A stretch of 64,000 bases of DNA from Flavobacteriales bacterium UBA972 (GTDB lineage: Bacteria; Bacteroidota; Bacteroidia; Flavobacteriales; Schleiferiaceae): positions 3,288 to 67,287 of the forward strand of contig DBBY01000042.1 in assembly GCA_002292855.1 (NCBI GenBank). Direction: 5' to 3'. The notes below the pieces were generated by a model that made no database searches, had not been told where the DNA came from, and saw only the letters and a program-made list of their open reading frames with translations. Each line of letters opens with the position of its first letter. The stretch's first letter is position 1. The position numbers and the translations under genes are program-made. Of the stretch, positions 9,395-18,138 are shown one piece after another.

Positions 9395-10681
9395 TTATCT
9401 GATGCCTTTCCAAGGAACTCGAGCCCAAAGAACGACGGCGAGGGCAAAAAAGACCGACAGCATGACGGCCGATAGCCGCAAACTACCGGTTAGGGTTTCA
9501 AGCCATCCGACGGCAACCATGCCAAGTACCGTGGCAAGCTTCTCAGCCAGGTCATAAAAACTAAAGTAGACTACGTGCTCAGAAGCAGGCGGAAGCAATT
9601 GGCTGTAGGTCGATCGCGCCAACGATTGAATTCCGCCCAAAACCAGGCCCACGCCGGCGCCTAAAAGGTAAAATTGCAGCTCGTTGGCGATGAAATAGGC
9701 CATAAAGGTGATGAGCATCCAAAGCAGTCCCGAGACCAGCAGCGCCCGTATGTTGCCGAGCAGCCCCCCGAGCTTGGCAAAGAGCCAGGAGCCCAAAATA
9801 CCGACGAACTGAATGAGCAAAATGGTGGTAATCAGCGCCGAGGTTTCGAGCTTAAGGGCTTGGCTGCCAAAGAGCGTGGCGATGAGAATAACGGTTTGCA
9901 CCCCGGCGGACGCAAAAAAGAAGCCGAGCACAAAGCGCTCCAAACCGGCGGTCTGCCTAAAGGTCTTAGCTACCGCAAAAAGCTGCAGGTAGGCCGCCTT
10001 AATCCATCCTTTTTGGCGGTCGCCCACGGCCCTTCCTTCGGGCAAGCGCGCAAGACTGTACTCCCCCCAGCCCAGCCACCAGATTCCGACGGCCACAAAG
10101 GTCAAGCGAGTGATTAGTCCTGGACCCTCTAAACCAAACCAAGACGGATTTTGAATAAACACTAAGGCCACAATAAGCATGAGCGCCGAGCCAAAGTAGC
10201 CCAAGGCAAAGCCGCGGGCGCTAAGGGCATCCTGCTCCTCGGGGCGGGCAATCTCGGGCAAGTAGCTGTTGTAGAAGACCAGGCTCCCAGCAAAAGAAAT
10301 GGAGGCGACAAAGGGGGTTAAGAGCCCGAGAACCGGAGAGTCCGCCGTGAAAAAGTACATAGCGAAGCAGGTTGCTGCACCGGCGTAGATGAAGCGCCGC
10401 ATGAATGATTTTTTGCTTCCTGAAACCTCTGCAACGGCGCTGAGGTAGGGCGTCACTAGGCTGACCACGAGGTAGGCCGCGGCCATGACAAAGGTGTAGG
10501 CAGCGGTAGTGCTGAATTCCAATCCTAAGAGCTGGTAGCTGCTGCGCCCCGAGGCCTCCATAACTGCAGCGTAGTAGATTGGGAAAATTGCCGTTCCGAT
10601 GACCAAGGAATAGCTTGAATTGGCCCAGTCGTACATCGCCCAGCCGTGGTGCACTCTTCGGGTAGCGGAGTCTTTTTGCAT
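9395..10681 (-). CDS. MFS transporter, UMF1 (Atg22-like) family
   Basis: 428 aa and polytopic. N-terminal WAMYDWANSSY is typical of the UMF1 family. Confidence 0.7.
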   Translation of the reverse strand: MQKDSATRRVHHGWAMYDWANSSYSLVIGTAIFPIYYAAVMEASGRSSYQLLGLEFSTTAAYTFVMAAAYLVVSLVTPYLSAVAEVSGSKKSFMRRFIYAGAATCFAMYFFTADSPVLGLLTPFVASISFAGSLVFYNSYLPEIARPEEQDALSARGFALGYFGSALMLIVALVFIQNPSWFGLEGPGLITRLTFVAVGIWWLGWGEYSLARLPEGRAVGDRQKGWIKAAYLQLFAVAKTFRQTAGLERFVLGFFFASAGVQTVILIATLFGSQALKLETSALITTILLIQFVGILGSWLFAKLGGLLGNIRALLVSGLLWMLITFMAYFIANELQFYLLGAGVGLVLGGIQSLARSTYSQLLPPASEHVVYFSFYDLAEKLATVLGMVAVGWLETLTGSLRLSAVMLSVFFALAVVLWARVPWKGIR

Positions 10682-10728
10682 GCTTCGTCGAATTTAGGCC
10701 TTTTTGGCGCAGACCGAGCGGGTAAATA

Positions 10729-10761
10729 TGAAAAAACTCCGACCGCTTGGACAGCCGGAGT
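10729..10761 (-). terminator. rho-independent terminator downstream of aconitase
   Basis: On the minus strand: AACTCCG-(14 nt)-CGGAGTT followed by TTTTC. It lies 22 nt after the acn stop. Confidence 0.6.
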
Positions 10762-10782
10762 TGGATCAAAACCAGTTGAGGA

Positions 10783-13038
10783 CTACTTCTCGAGCATGTT
10801 CAAGGCAGAGCCCGCCTTGAACCATAGAATCTGGGGGGCGTTGTAGCTGTGGTTGGCCAAAACGGTGGTTTTGCTGCCGTCTTGGTGCCTAAAAACCAGG
10901 GTCAGTGGCTTGCCCGGAGCAAAGTCGATCAAATCAACAAAGTCAACGCTGTCTCGCTCTCCGATGGCGTCATAGTCCGAGTCCTTGGCGAAGGTCAGAG
11001 CGAGCATACCCTGCTTTTTGAGGTTGGTTTCGTGAATGCGCGCAAAGCTCTTGACCAGTACCGCGCACACGCCAAGGTGCCTTGGCTGCATGGCCGCATG
11101 CTCGCGAGAAGAACCTTCTCCGTAGTTGTGGTCGCCGACTACCAGGGTAGGAACGCCTGCAGACTTATAGGCACGCTGCACCGCCGGTACCTCGCCGTAC
11201 TCGCCCGTGAGCTGGTTCAACACCTTATTGGTTTCGCCATTAAAGGCATTTTGTGCGCCGATGAGGGTATTGTTGGCAATATTGTCCAGGTGCCCGCGGT
11301 AGCGAAGCCATGGTCCGGCCATTGAAATATGGTCGGTGGTGCACTTGCCCTGAGCCTTAATGAGCACTTTGGCCCCTAAAATGTTGGAGCCAGTCCAGGC
11401 CGGGAAGGGCTCGAGAAGCTGGAGGCGCTGGCTTTGGGGGCTGACCTTTACCGATACCGAGCTGCCGTCTTCGGCGGGTGCTTGGTAGCCTGCATCTTCT
11501 ACGGCATAACCCCTTGCAGGGAGCTCTTCGCCGTAGGGAGCGTCGAGCATAACCTGCTCGCCTAGGGTATTGGTCAAGTGGTCCTTGAGCGGATTAAACC
11601 CGAGGTTCCCAGCAATTGCAAGGGCCGTAACCAACTCAGGCGAACCCACAAAGGCATGGGTATTGGGGTTGCCGTCGGCGCGCTTGCTAAAGTTCCGATT
11701 GAAGGAATGCACGATGGTGTTTTTCTCTTGCTTGTCGGCGCCTTCACGGGCCCACTGGCCAATGCAGGGCCCGCATGCGTTGGCAAAGACCTTGCCACCA
11801 ATCTCTTCAAAGACCTCGAGCAATCCGTCTCGTTCGGCCGTGAAACGCACCTGCTCCGAGCCTGGAGTTATGGTGAACTCTGAAGATACTTTGAGGTTCT
11901 TTGCCTGGGCTTGCCGGGCGATGGACGCCGCTCGGGTCATGTCTTCGTACGAAGAATTCGTGCAGGACCCTATGAGGCCTACCTCGATGTTCATGGGCCA
12001 ACCGTTTTTTTCTGCGAGGGCACGCACCTGCGAAATGGGGGTGGCTAAATCGGGCGTAAAGGGTCCGTTCAGGTGCGGCTCTAAGGTGCTCAGGTCAAGT
12101 TCAATAACCTGGTCAAAGTACTGCTCGGGGTTGGCGTAGACCTCGTCGTCGCCGGTCAATTCCGCGCGAAGGCCGTTGGCCAGGTCGGCAACCGCTGCAC
12201 GGCCCGTGGCGCGCAGGTAGCGCTCCATGCTGTCGTCGTATCCAAAGGTCGAAGTGGTTGCGCCCACCTCGGCGCCCATGTTGCAAATGGTACCCTTACC
12301 GGTGCAGCTAATGGTTTTGGCACCCTCGCCGAAGTACTCAATAATGGCTCCGGTTCCGCCCTTTACGGTCAGGATTCCAGCAACCTTTAGGATTACGTCC
12401 TTGGCCGAGGTCCAACCGTTCATTTGGCCGGTGAGCTTGACGCCGATGAGTTTGGGGAACTTAAGCTCCCATGGCATTCCGGCCATGACGTCTACCGCGT
12501 CGGCACCGCCCACTCCGATGGCTACCATGCCGAGTCCGCCTGCGTTCACGGTATGGGAATCCGTACCAATCATGAGTCCGCCCGGGAAGGCATAATTCTC
12601 AAGCACCACTTGGTGTATGATGCCGGCACCCGGCTTCCAAAATCCGATTCCGTACTTGTTGGACACCGAAGCGAGAAAATTGAAGACCTCGTTGGATTTA
12701 TTAATGGACTCCTGAAGATCGGTAGTTGCGCCTACGCGGGCCTGAATGAGGTGGTCGCAGTGCACCGTAGAGGGCACCGCTACTTTTTTGCGGCCGGCCG
12801 ACATGAACTGCAGCAGGGCCATTTGGGCCGTAGCATCCTGCATAGCAACGCGATCGGGCGCAAAATCAACGTAGGAATTGCCTCGCTCAAAGGCTTTGTT
12901 CGGGAGCTCCTCCCAGAGATGGGAATACAAAATTTTCTCGCTAAGAGTCAGGGGTCGCCCTAAAAATTCCCTCGCTGATGCCACCTTGGTGGCGTACTTG
13001 GAGTAAAACTCCGTTACCATGTCTAAGTCAAATACCAT
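10783..13038 (-). CDS. acnA: aconitate hydratase (mitochondrial-type, ~750 aa)
   Basis: 751 aa. [19 protein letters not shown] and Fe-S ligand regions SCTNSSYED and [10 protein letters not shown]. Confidence 0.9.
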   Translation of the reverse strand: MVFDLDMVTEFYSKYATKVASAREFLGRPLTLSEKILYSHLWEELPNKAFERGNSYVDFAPDRVAMQDATAQMALLQFMSAGRKKVAVPSTVHCDHLIQARVGATTDLQESINKSNEVFNFLASVSNKYGIGFWKPGAGIIHQVVLENYAFPGGLMIGTDSHTVNAGGLGMVAIGVGGADAVDVMAGMPWELKFPKLIGVKLTGQMNGWTSAKDVILKVAGILTVKGGTGAIIEYFGEGAKTISCTGKGTICNMGAEVGATTSTFGYDDSMERYLRATGRAAVADLANGLRAELTGDDEVYANPEQYFDQVIELDLSTLEPHLNGPFTPDLATPISQVRALAEKNGWPMNIEVGLIGSCTNSSYEDMTRAASIARQAQAKNLKVSSEFTITPGSEQVRFTAERDGLLEVFEEIGGKVFANACGPCIGQWAREGADKQEKNTIVHSFNRNFSKRADGNPNTHAFVGSPELVTALAIAGNLGFNPLKDHLTNTLGEQVMLDAPYGEELPARGYAVEDAGYQAPAEDGSSVSVKVSPQSQRLQLLEPFPAWTGSNILGAKVLIKAQGKCTTDHISMAGPWLRYRGHLDNIANNTLIGAQNAFNGETNKVLNQLTGEYGEVPAVQRAYKSAGVPTLVVGDHNYGEGSSREHAAMQPRHLGVCAVLVKSFARIHETNLKKQGMLALTFAKDSDYDAIGERDSVDFVDLIDFAPGKPLTLVFRHQDGSKTTVLANHSYNAPQILWFKAGSALNMLEK

Positions 13039-13055
13039 AATCGCAAAAATCTAAG

Positions 13056-13063
13056 CAAAATTA
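13056..13063 (-). promoter_or_regulatory. -7 box TAATTTTG, 17 nt upstream of the aconitase ATG
   Basis: Exact TAnnTTTG match in the 95-nt intergenic region. Confidence 0.4.
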
Positions 13064-13133
13064 CTGAGAATAGAGGGTATGTCAGCAAGGCCTACTATTT
13101 AAAGTAGCCCCCCCGTGAGGCGGCTGGACCCAA

Positions 13134-13961
13134 TTACTGAATCCCTGTCCTAAAGGCAAAATGCCATGAACCCCCAGGTGCCTCGCTCACAAACCAATAA
13201 GTCGCAGTCGGGAGGCCCAACAAGGGCAGAGAAACCTCGGCGTCGCGCCAGATTCCGCGGTAGATTATGCGACCGTAGGCGTCGATAAGGGCAAAGGGTC
13301 GGGGTTCTTGGCCTTGGGGGCGCAGTACGACCAGGGCCTCAGCACTCTGACGCCAAGTATAGCCTTGCGGAGCCTCAGGCTCCCCAGCGCCAATCCAAAG
13401 GTGGCCAGCAAACATTAAACTGTCGTCTGCGGCTTGAAATCCAGCATCTTTGAGCGTGAAGGACTTGCCGTCGGCCGCAATGGCCAGGCGGACCCATCCG
13501 TTGACTACGGTATCGTTTACGTTTCGGCGCACCCCAATAAAACCATCGTTGTAGGGGCTCTGCCACTGCACAAAGGGGTCGTGCTGGCCGCCAAAACGGT
13601 AGTCCAGGTAGCCCAGAAAAGTCGGCGCTGCAAAGCCCTGCCAAAGAGACGAGGAGCGCGATATTGAATCCCCAACAGCAAGGCGGTCTGGGTAGTAGTA
13701 GGGGCCGCGCTTTTGGCCCGCAACCTGAATCTTGGCACTATCTAGCGGAGCAAGATAAACCACCGAAATCGAAGCTGTCGAACCCGTATCGCGCAGCAGG
13801 GTGAAGCGCAGGTCGGTAATGCTGTCGTTGTTGAAGTCTACGTCCGCAAACCCCAGGTTGGTCGAAACGGTGGTATCGGCAAAATCATAATACACATACT
13901 GCGCCCTGGCAGAGTGGGCTCCCAAAACAAGAAGCAGAAGGAGGGCATTAATCTTAGTCAT
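13134..13961 (-). CDS. secreted protein of unknown function with a probable T9SS C-terminal sorting domain
   Basis: Signal peptide MTKINALLLLLVLGAHSARAQ (ATG 13961). The C-terminal ~70 aa (..LIDAYGRIIYRG..LPLLGLPTATYWFVSE..) resembles a Por secretion tail. Confidence 0.5.
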   Translation of the reverse strand: MTKINALLLLLVLGAHSARAQYVYYDFADTTVSTNLGFADVDFNNDSITDLRFTLLRDTGSTASISVVYLAPLDSAKIQVAGQKRGPYYYPDRLAVGDSISRSSSLWQGFAAPTFLGYLDYRFGGQHDPFVQWQSPYNDGFIGVRRNVNDTVVNGWVRLAIAADGKSFTLKDAGFQAADDSLMFAGHLWIGAGEPEAPQGYTWRQSAEALVVLRPQGQEPRPFALIDAYGRIIYRGIWRDAEVSLPLLGLPTATYWFVSEAPGGSWHFAFRTGIQ

Positions 13962-14003
13962 TTCGGCTGCAAAGGTGCAAAATGTAGTCCACGCAAGCAC
14001 CAT

Positions 14004-14011
14004 TACCTTTG
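14004..14011 (+). promoter_or_regulatory. -7 box TACCTTTG, 7 nt upstream of the permease ATG
   Basis: Exact TAnnTTTG match in the divergent intergenic region. Confidence 0.4.
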
Positions 14012-14018
14012 GGGAATT

Positions 14019-15272
14019 ATGGCCCGTTTATCCACCCCCGTTTTAAGGGAAGCCGTTCGAATCGCTTTTCAGTCGCTCCGGTCGCAAATGCTTCGGGCGG
14101 TGCTGACTGCCCTGATTATTGCCATTGGCATCACGGCCCTGGTGGGCATGCTCACGGCAACCAGCGTCATGGAGGGCTCGATTACTCAGCAGTTCTCGAG
14201 CATGGGCGCAACAACATTCACCATACAGCAAGGGGGAATGGAAATTCAAATTGGGCGGCGCGGAATCAAAGAAAAGCCGCAGCCGAGCATTCCGCTTTTG
14301 CAGGCACTGCAACTGCGCGACCGAATGACCAAAATGGGCTATGTCGCTAGCATTGGCGACAATGTGGCCGGAGCCATGGAGGTCCAGTACGAAGGACTTA
14401 AAACGAATCCCAACGTCAATGTGACCGCCTCTGACGCCAATTATCCGGTAACCCAGGGGCTGACTATAGCCGAGGGCCGGTTTTTTTCTGCCGCGGACCA
14501 AAACGAAGCCCGATCGGTGGCCGTTTTAGGGTCTGACGTGGCAGGCAAACTTTTTCCCGAGGGCGGCGCCTTGGGACGAATCATTCGGGTGGGATCCAAG
14601 CCCTACACCGTTGTTGGAGTTACCGAACCCAAGGGCAGCAGCTCATTCATGTCGAGCGATCAAGTGGTCTACCTCCCCCTGCGCACTGCACACTTGGAAT
14701 TTGCGGACCCCTCGTCGAGCTACGTAATCAGCGTGATGGCCCCGAGTCCGCAAGAGCTCGAAGCAAGCATTGCCAGCGCCACCTCGGTAATGCGTTCGGT
14801 ACGGCGCCTCAAGCCCGGAGCCGAAGACAATTTTAACATTCGCCGAAGCGACAGCATATCGGCTTTGCTCCTGGAATCCTTGAGCTCGGTCAATGCAGGC
14901 GCAGCCCTGATTGCGCTGATCACGCTTTTGGGCGCATCCATCGCCCTAATGAACATCATGCTGGTCAGTGTAACCGAACGCACGCGCGAAATCGGTACGC
15001 GCAAGGCCCTTGGCGCCAGTTCGCAGGTCATCGTGGTGCAGTTTCTTGCCGAAGCCATTGTAGTTAGCGTCATGGGCGGAATCGCCGGCATCATTTTGGG
15101 CCTTGCGGTAGGAAACGGTCTGGCCTATGCCTTGGACGCCCAAGCGGTATTCCCCCTAAAGTGGATGCTTTTGGCCCTTGTGGTCTCGATTGTCGTCGGA
15201 GTGGTTTCGGGCTGGTACCCTGCCAAAAAAGCGGCAGCCTTGGATCCTATCGAAGCCCTGAGGTATGAGTAG
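14019..15272 (+). CDS. ABC transporter permease, MacB/FtsX-like
   Basis: N-terminal TM, then a large periplasmic domain, then the C-terminal FtsX-type 3-TM block (..ERTREIGTRKALGAS..). Start at internal ATG 14019. Confidence 0.75.
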   Translation: MARLSTPVLREAVRIAFQSLRSQMLRAVLTALIIAIGITALVGMLTATSVMEGSITQQFSSMGATTFTIQQGGMEIQIGRRGIKEKPQPSIPLLQALQLRDRMTKMGYVASIGDNVAGAMEVQYEGLKTNPNVNVTASDANYPVTQGLTIAEGRFFSAADQNEARSVAVLGSDVAGKLFPEGGALGRIIRVGSKPYTVVGVTEPKGSSSFMSSDQVVYLPLRTAHLEFADPSSSYVISVMAPSPQELEASIASATSVMRSVRRLKPGAEDNFNIRRSDSISALLLESLSSVNAGAALIALITLLGASIALMNIMLVSVTERTREIGTRKALGASSQVIVVQFLAEAIVVSVMGGIAGIILGLAVGNGLAYALDAQAVFPLKWMLLALVVSIVVGVVSGWYPAKKAAALDPIEALRYE

Positions 15273-16089
15273 CGTCCGCGAAGTAACGGCTCAAGACCCC
15301 TGGTGGAAGCCCCAACCCGACAGCGCCAAGAATGCGCGGAGGATGGCCTTGGCCTTTGCCCGACGCGACCTAAGACTCCGGTACGTGCAGACTCAGCTCG
15401 GTTGGCTTTGGGCGGTTGCCCAACCCTTGATTCTGATTACCACCCTAACCCTAGTATTGGGACGCGTTTTTGCCCTGCCCGCAGAAGGTTTGAGGCAGTT
15501 CGGACTGAATCTGGCGGTGGCCCTCCCGGGCTGGATTTGGTTTCAGTTCACGGTGAGTCAGGGCGCCATGAGCCTGGTGGCCAACCAGGCCCTGGTCAGC
15601 AAGGCCGCCTTTAATCGCTCTGCCCTGCCGAATTCTAAGGCAATCGTCGGCTTTGCCGATTTTTTGGTCGGCTCGGCCGTGGTTGCACTCGGACTTTTAC
15701 TCATACAGGAGGCCCAGGCCCTTGCCCTGCTGCGCCTGCCTTTGGTCATAGCCTACACTGCGCTTGCCTCCCTGGGTTGGGCCTATGCCCTGGCCTCGGT
15801 AAGCGTGCGGCGGAGGGACTTTTTGGCGGTCCTGCCCGTGCTGCTGCAAGCCTTGTTTTTCATAAGCCCCATTGCCCTGCCCAGCGCCAACTTTGCCCCC
15901 GTAGGCTGGGGAATTTTCTACTGGCTTAACCCGGCGGTAGCAATGGCCGACGGCTTTCGATGGGCCTGGCTGGGCTGGGACGTTTGGCAGCCCGCACACG
16001 CTATCTCGGCGGCTTCGGGCATCCTTGGCTTTGTATTCGGACTCCTTGCCCTCCGATGGAGGTCGCGCCGACTCAGTGAGTTTTTATGA
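15265..16089 (+). CDS. ABC-2 type polysaccharide/O-antigen export permease (Wzm/TagG-like)
   Basis: 274 aa with 6 TM. RDLRLRYVQTQLGWLWAVAQP is the ABC-2 signature region. 8-nt overlap with the upstream permease. Confidence 0.7.
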   Translation: MSSVREVTAQDPWWKPQPDSAKNARRMALAFARRDLRLRYVQTQLGWLWAVAQPLILITTLTLVLGRVFALPAEGLRQFGLNLAVALPGWIWFQFTVSQGAMSLVANQALVSKAAFNRSALPNSKAIVGFADFLVGSAVVALGLLLIQEAQALALLRLPLVIAYTALASLGWAYALASVSVRRRDFLAVLPVLLQALFFISPIALPSANFAPVGWGIFYWLNPAVAMADGFRWAWLGWDVWQPAHAISAASGILGFVFGLLALRWRSRRLSEFL

Positions 16090-17189
16090 ACAGTCTGCGC
16101 ATTGAAACGAGCAATTTGGGCAAGAACCTGGGGAATCGCTGGGTACTTCGCCGCATTGACCTCCGCCTCGAAGAGGGTGAAATCCTGGGTATTATTGGGG
16201 CCAACGGCGCAGGTAAATCTACCCTGCTCAAAACTTTGAGCGGACTATTGCACCCCGACGAAGGCAGCTACCGAATCAAGGGAAGTATGGCCAGCCTGCT
16301 CGAGGTGGGCACGGGATTCCACCCCGACCTAAGCGGGCGCGAGAACGCCTTTCTGCGCGGAGCCTTGCTCGGTCTTTCGCGGGCCGAGGTGCGCGAACTT
16401 CTGCCCGTTGTGACGGAATTTGCCGGCGTTTCTGACCGCATTGACGAACCCGTGAAGTACTATTCCAGCGGAATGCAGGTTCGCCTCGGATTTGCACTGG
16501 CCGCCCACCTACCGGCTGATGTGCTCGTGGTGGACGAGGTTTTAGCTGTGGGTGACGCCGCCTTTCAGGCAAAAAGCCTCGCTTTTCTGGAATCCACATG
16601 GAGGCAATCCGCGCGAAGCGTAGTCTATGTGGCCCATCAGCTGCCGCAGGTACGGCGCCTCTGCGACCGGGTCCTTTGGCTGGACCAAGGACTGATTCGC
16701 ATGGAAGGTCCTGCCGATGCGGTCTGCGATGCCTATGCGGCAAGCCAAAAATCCACCACCCCAGAATGGGCGGAACCCGAACGCCGAAGAGGCCAGGGGA
16801 AAGTCCGCGCCACTGCCTTAAGCATTCAAGAACAATGGGTTACTGGCGGAACTGCCAAGCTTCAGCTGCATTGGAAGGAGTACGCGCCGTCAGAGAATCT
16901 TGACCTGAGAATAAGTGTAGAGTCTGCGGACGGTTCGGCAATTAGCCTTTGGAGCAGCCTGCAGTCGGGTAAAAGCATAGCATCGAGTCAGTTGGAGGCT
17001 CATTTGACCCTCAGCGAATTGGGACTGAGCTCGGGCGACTACCTGCTGCACCTGCGCCTCTTTGCCGACGGCCTGCTGCAGGATGAAGTCCTGGGGGCGA
17101 GCACATTGACGGTGGGTCATGGCCTTTGGAAGGGACTGGAATACCCCACCCCGAGGCCGATGGCCCTGCAGAGCCAGGACTGGAACTAG
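16086..17189 (+). CDS. polysaccharide export ABC ATPase (Wzt/TagH-like) with a C-terminal beta-rich extension
   Basis: Walker A GANGAGKST, signature YSSGMQVRL, Walker B LVVDE. About 130 aa of extra C-terminal domain, as in Wzt carbohydrate-binding modules. Confidence 0.75.
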   Translation: MNSLRIETSNLGKNLGNRWVLRRIDLRLEEGEILGIIGANGAGKSTLLKTLSGLLHPDEGSYRIKGSMASLLEVGTGFHPDLSGRENAFLRGALLGLSRAEVRELLPVVTEFAGVSDRIDEPVKYYSSGMQVRLGFALAAHLPADVLVVDEVLAVGDAAFQAKSLAFLESTWRQSARSVVYVAHQLPQVRRLCDRVLWLDQGLIRMEGPADAVCDAYAASQKSTTPEWAEPERRRGQGKVRATALSIQEQWVTGGTAKLQLHWKEYAPSENLDLRISVESADGSAISLWSSLQSGKSIASSQLEAHLTLSELGLSSGDYLLHLRLFADGLLQDEVLGASTLTVGHGLWKGLEYPTPRPMALQSQDWN

Positions 17190-18109
17190 CGTTTTTTTAG
17201 ACCAAGATCCTTTAGGAAGAGGCTTACGTTTGTTCTCACTTGGGCAATAAGTTTTTGAATTACCGGCACCGTTACGGCATGCGGACCATTGGGATGGCGA
17301 AACAAGCCCAGCATGTAGTCGGATCCCTGCGAAGCGGGCAAGGCGCTCGGGTACTCAAGCTTCCAGTCCTTGGGATCGTAGCCTTGGGCGGCCAGGTAGT
17401 CCTGAAAAACCGGGCGATAAAATTCCACGTCGGCGTCGTTGAACCATCGCCTCCAATCGCTATGAACCTGACTGCGAGCTACATGCCTAAAGTTTTTGCG
17501 CAAGTCTGATTCGCCCAAAAGCGGAATTCCCAGATAGTCCTCCACGGCGGACCAGCGTCGGTCGACGAGGTCCTCGTAGTGCCAAATAAACCATCCCTCC
17601 TGGCGAAGCCGGTCCAGCAATGCCGAGAGTTCGTCGAGCTTGGCTTTTTGCTGCGCTGCATGCTCAGCCAATTCCCGGGGATCGTCAGAATGAAGGCGGT
17701 AAAAGGGCAGCGAATCGGGCTTGCCTTCTTTGGCGCGGACCTTTTTATGAGCCACGGCAAATTCATCGGGATCGGGGTCGTGCACATAAAACCAACGGTA
17801 GAAAAAGCCCGAAATCCATCGGTCGCGGGGATCGCGAACCAAAAAAATCTTTTTGTCGTAGTGCGCAAAGGCATCGGCAGCGTCATGACCCGACCATCCG
17901 TGCATCTCGGGGCTGCTGTAGAGAATTTTTACCAAAGTTGACTCAGAATCGGGCCAAACCAGGCCGTCCATTCGGCGAAAGGTGCCTTGAGTCAGGCTGT
18001 TGGGCTCAAATACTTCTTGAACCTCGCCCCTGGCCTTAAGTGCCTCTGAAAGCAGCGAAAAGCCATAAGTGGTCCCGCTCCGAGGCATTCCAAACAAAAC
18101 AGTGCGCAT
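17186..18109 (-). CDS. sulfotransferase family protein
   Basis: PAPS-binding motifs MPRSGTTY (5'-PSB) and LVRDPRDRWIS (3'-PB). Confidence 0.65.
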   Translation of the reverse strand: MRTVLFGMPRSGTTYGFSLLSEALKARGEVQEVFEPNSLTQGTFRRMDGLVWPDSESTLVKILYSSPEMHGWSGHDAADAFAHYDKKIFLVRDPRDRWISGFFYRWFYVHDPDPDEFAVAHKKVRAKEGKPDSLPFYRLHSDDPRELAEHAAQQKAKLDELSALLDRLRQEGWFIWHYEDLVDRRWSAVEDYLGIPLLGESDLRKNFRHVARSQVHSDWRRWFNDADVEFYRPVFQDYLAAQGYDPKDWKLEYPSALPASQGSDYMLGLFRHPNGPHAVTVPVIQKLIAQVRTNVSLFLKDLGLKKR

Positions 18110-18126
18110 GGGGGGTCAAGGTACAT

Positions 18127-18134
18127 TAAGTTTG
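18127..18134 (+). promoter_or_regulatory. -7 box TAAGTTTG, 4 nt upstream of the GT2 ATG
   Basis: Exact TAnnTTTG match in the 29-nt divergent intergenic region. Confidence 0.4.
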
Positions 18135-18138
18135 GGGG

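Noticed and set aside
13064-13133. Short palindromes downstream of the T9SS-cargo gene (CTACT..AGTAG; AGCC..GGCT) as a terminator.
   Set aside because: The stems are only 4-5 bp with mismatches and have no following T-run on the minus strand.
14019-17189. Treating the FtsX/MacB-type permease, Wzm and Wzt as one novel three-component exporter.
   Set aside because: The 8-nt overlap suggests co-transcription only. MacB-type permeases normally pair with their own MacB-type ATPase, which may be encoded elsewhere, and Wzm/Wzt is complete by itself. There is no sequence evidence for a physical complex.
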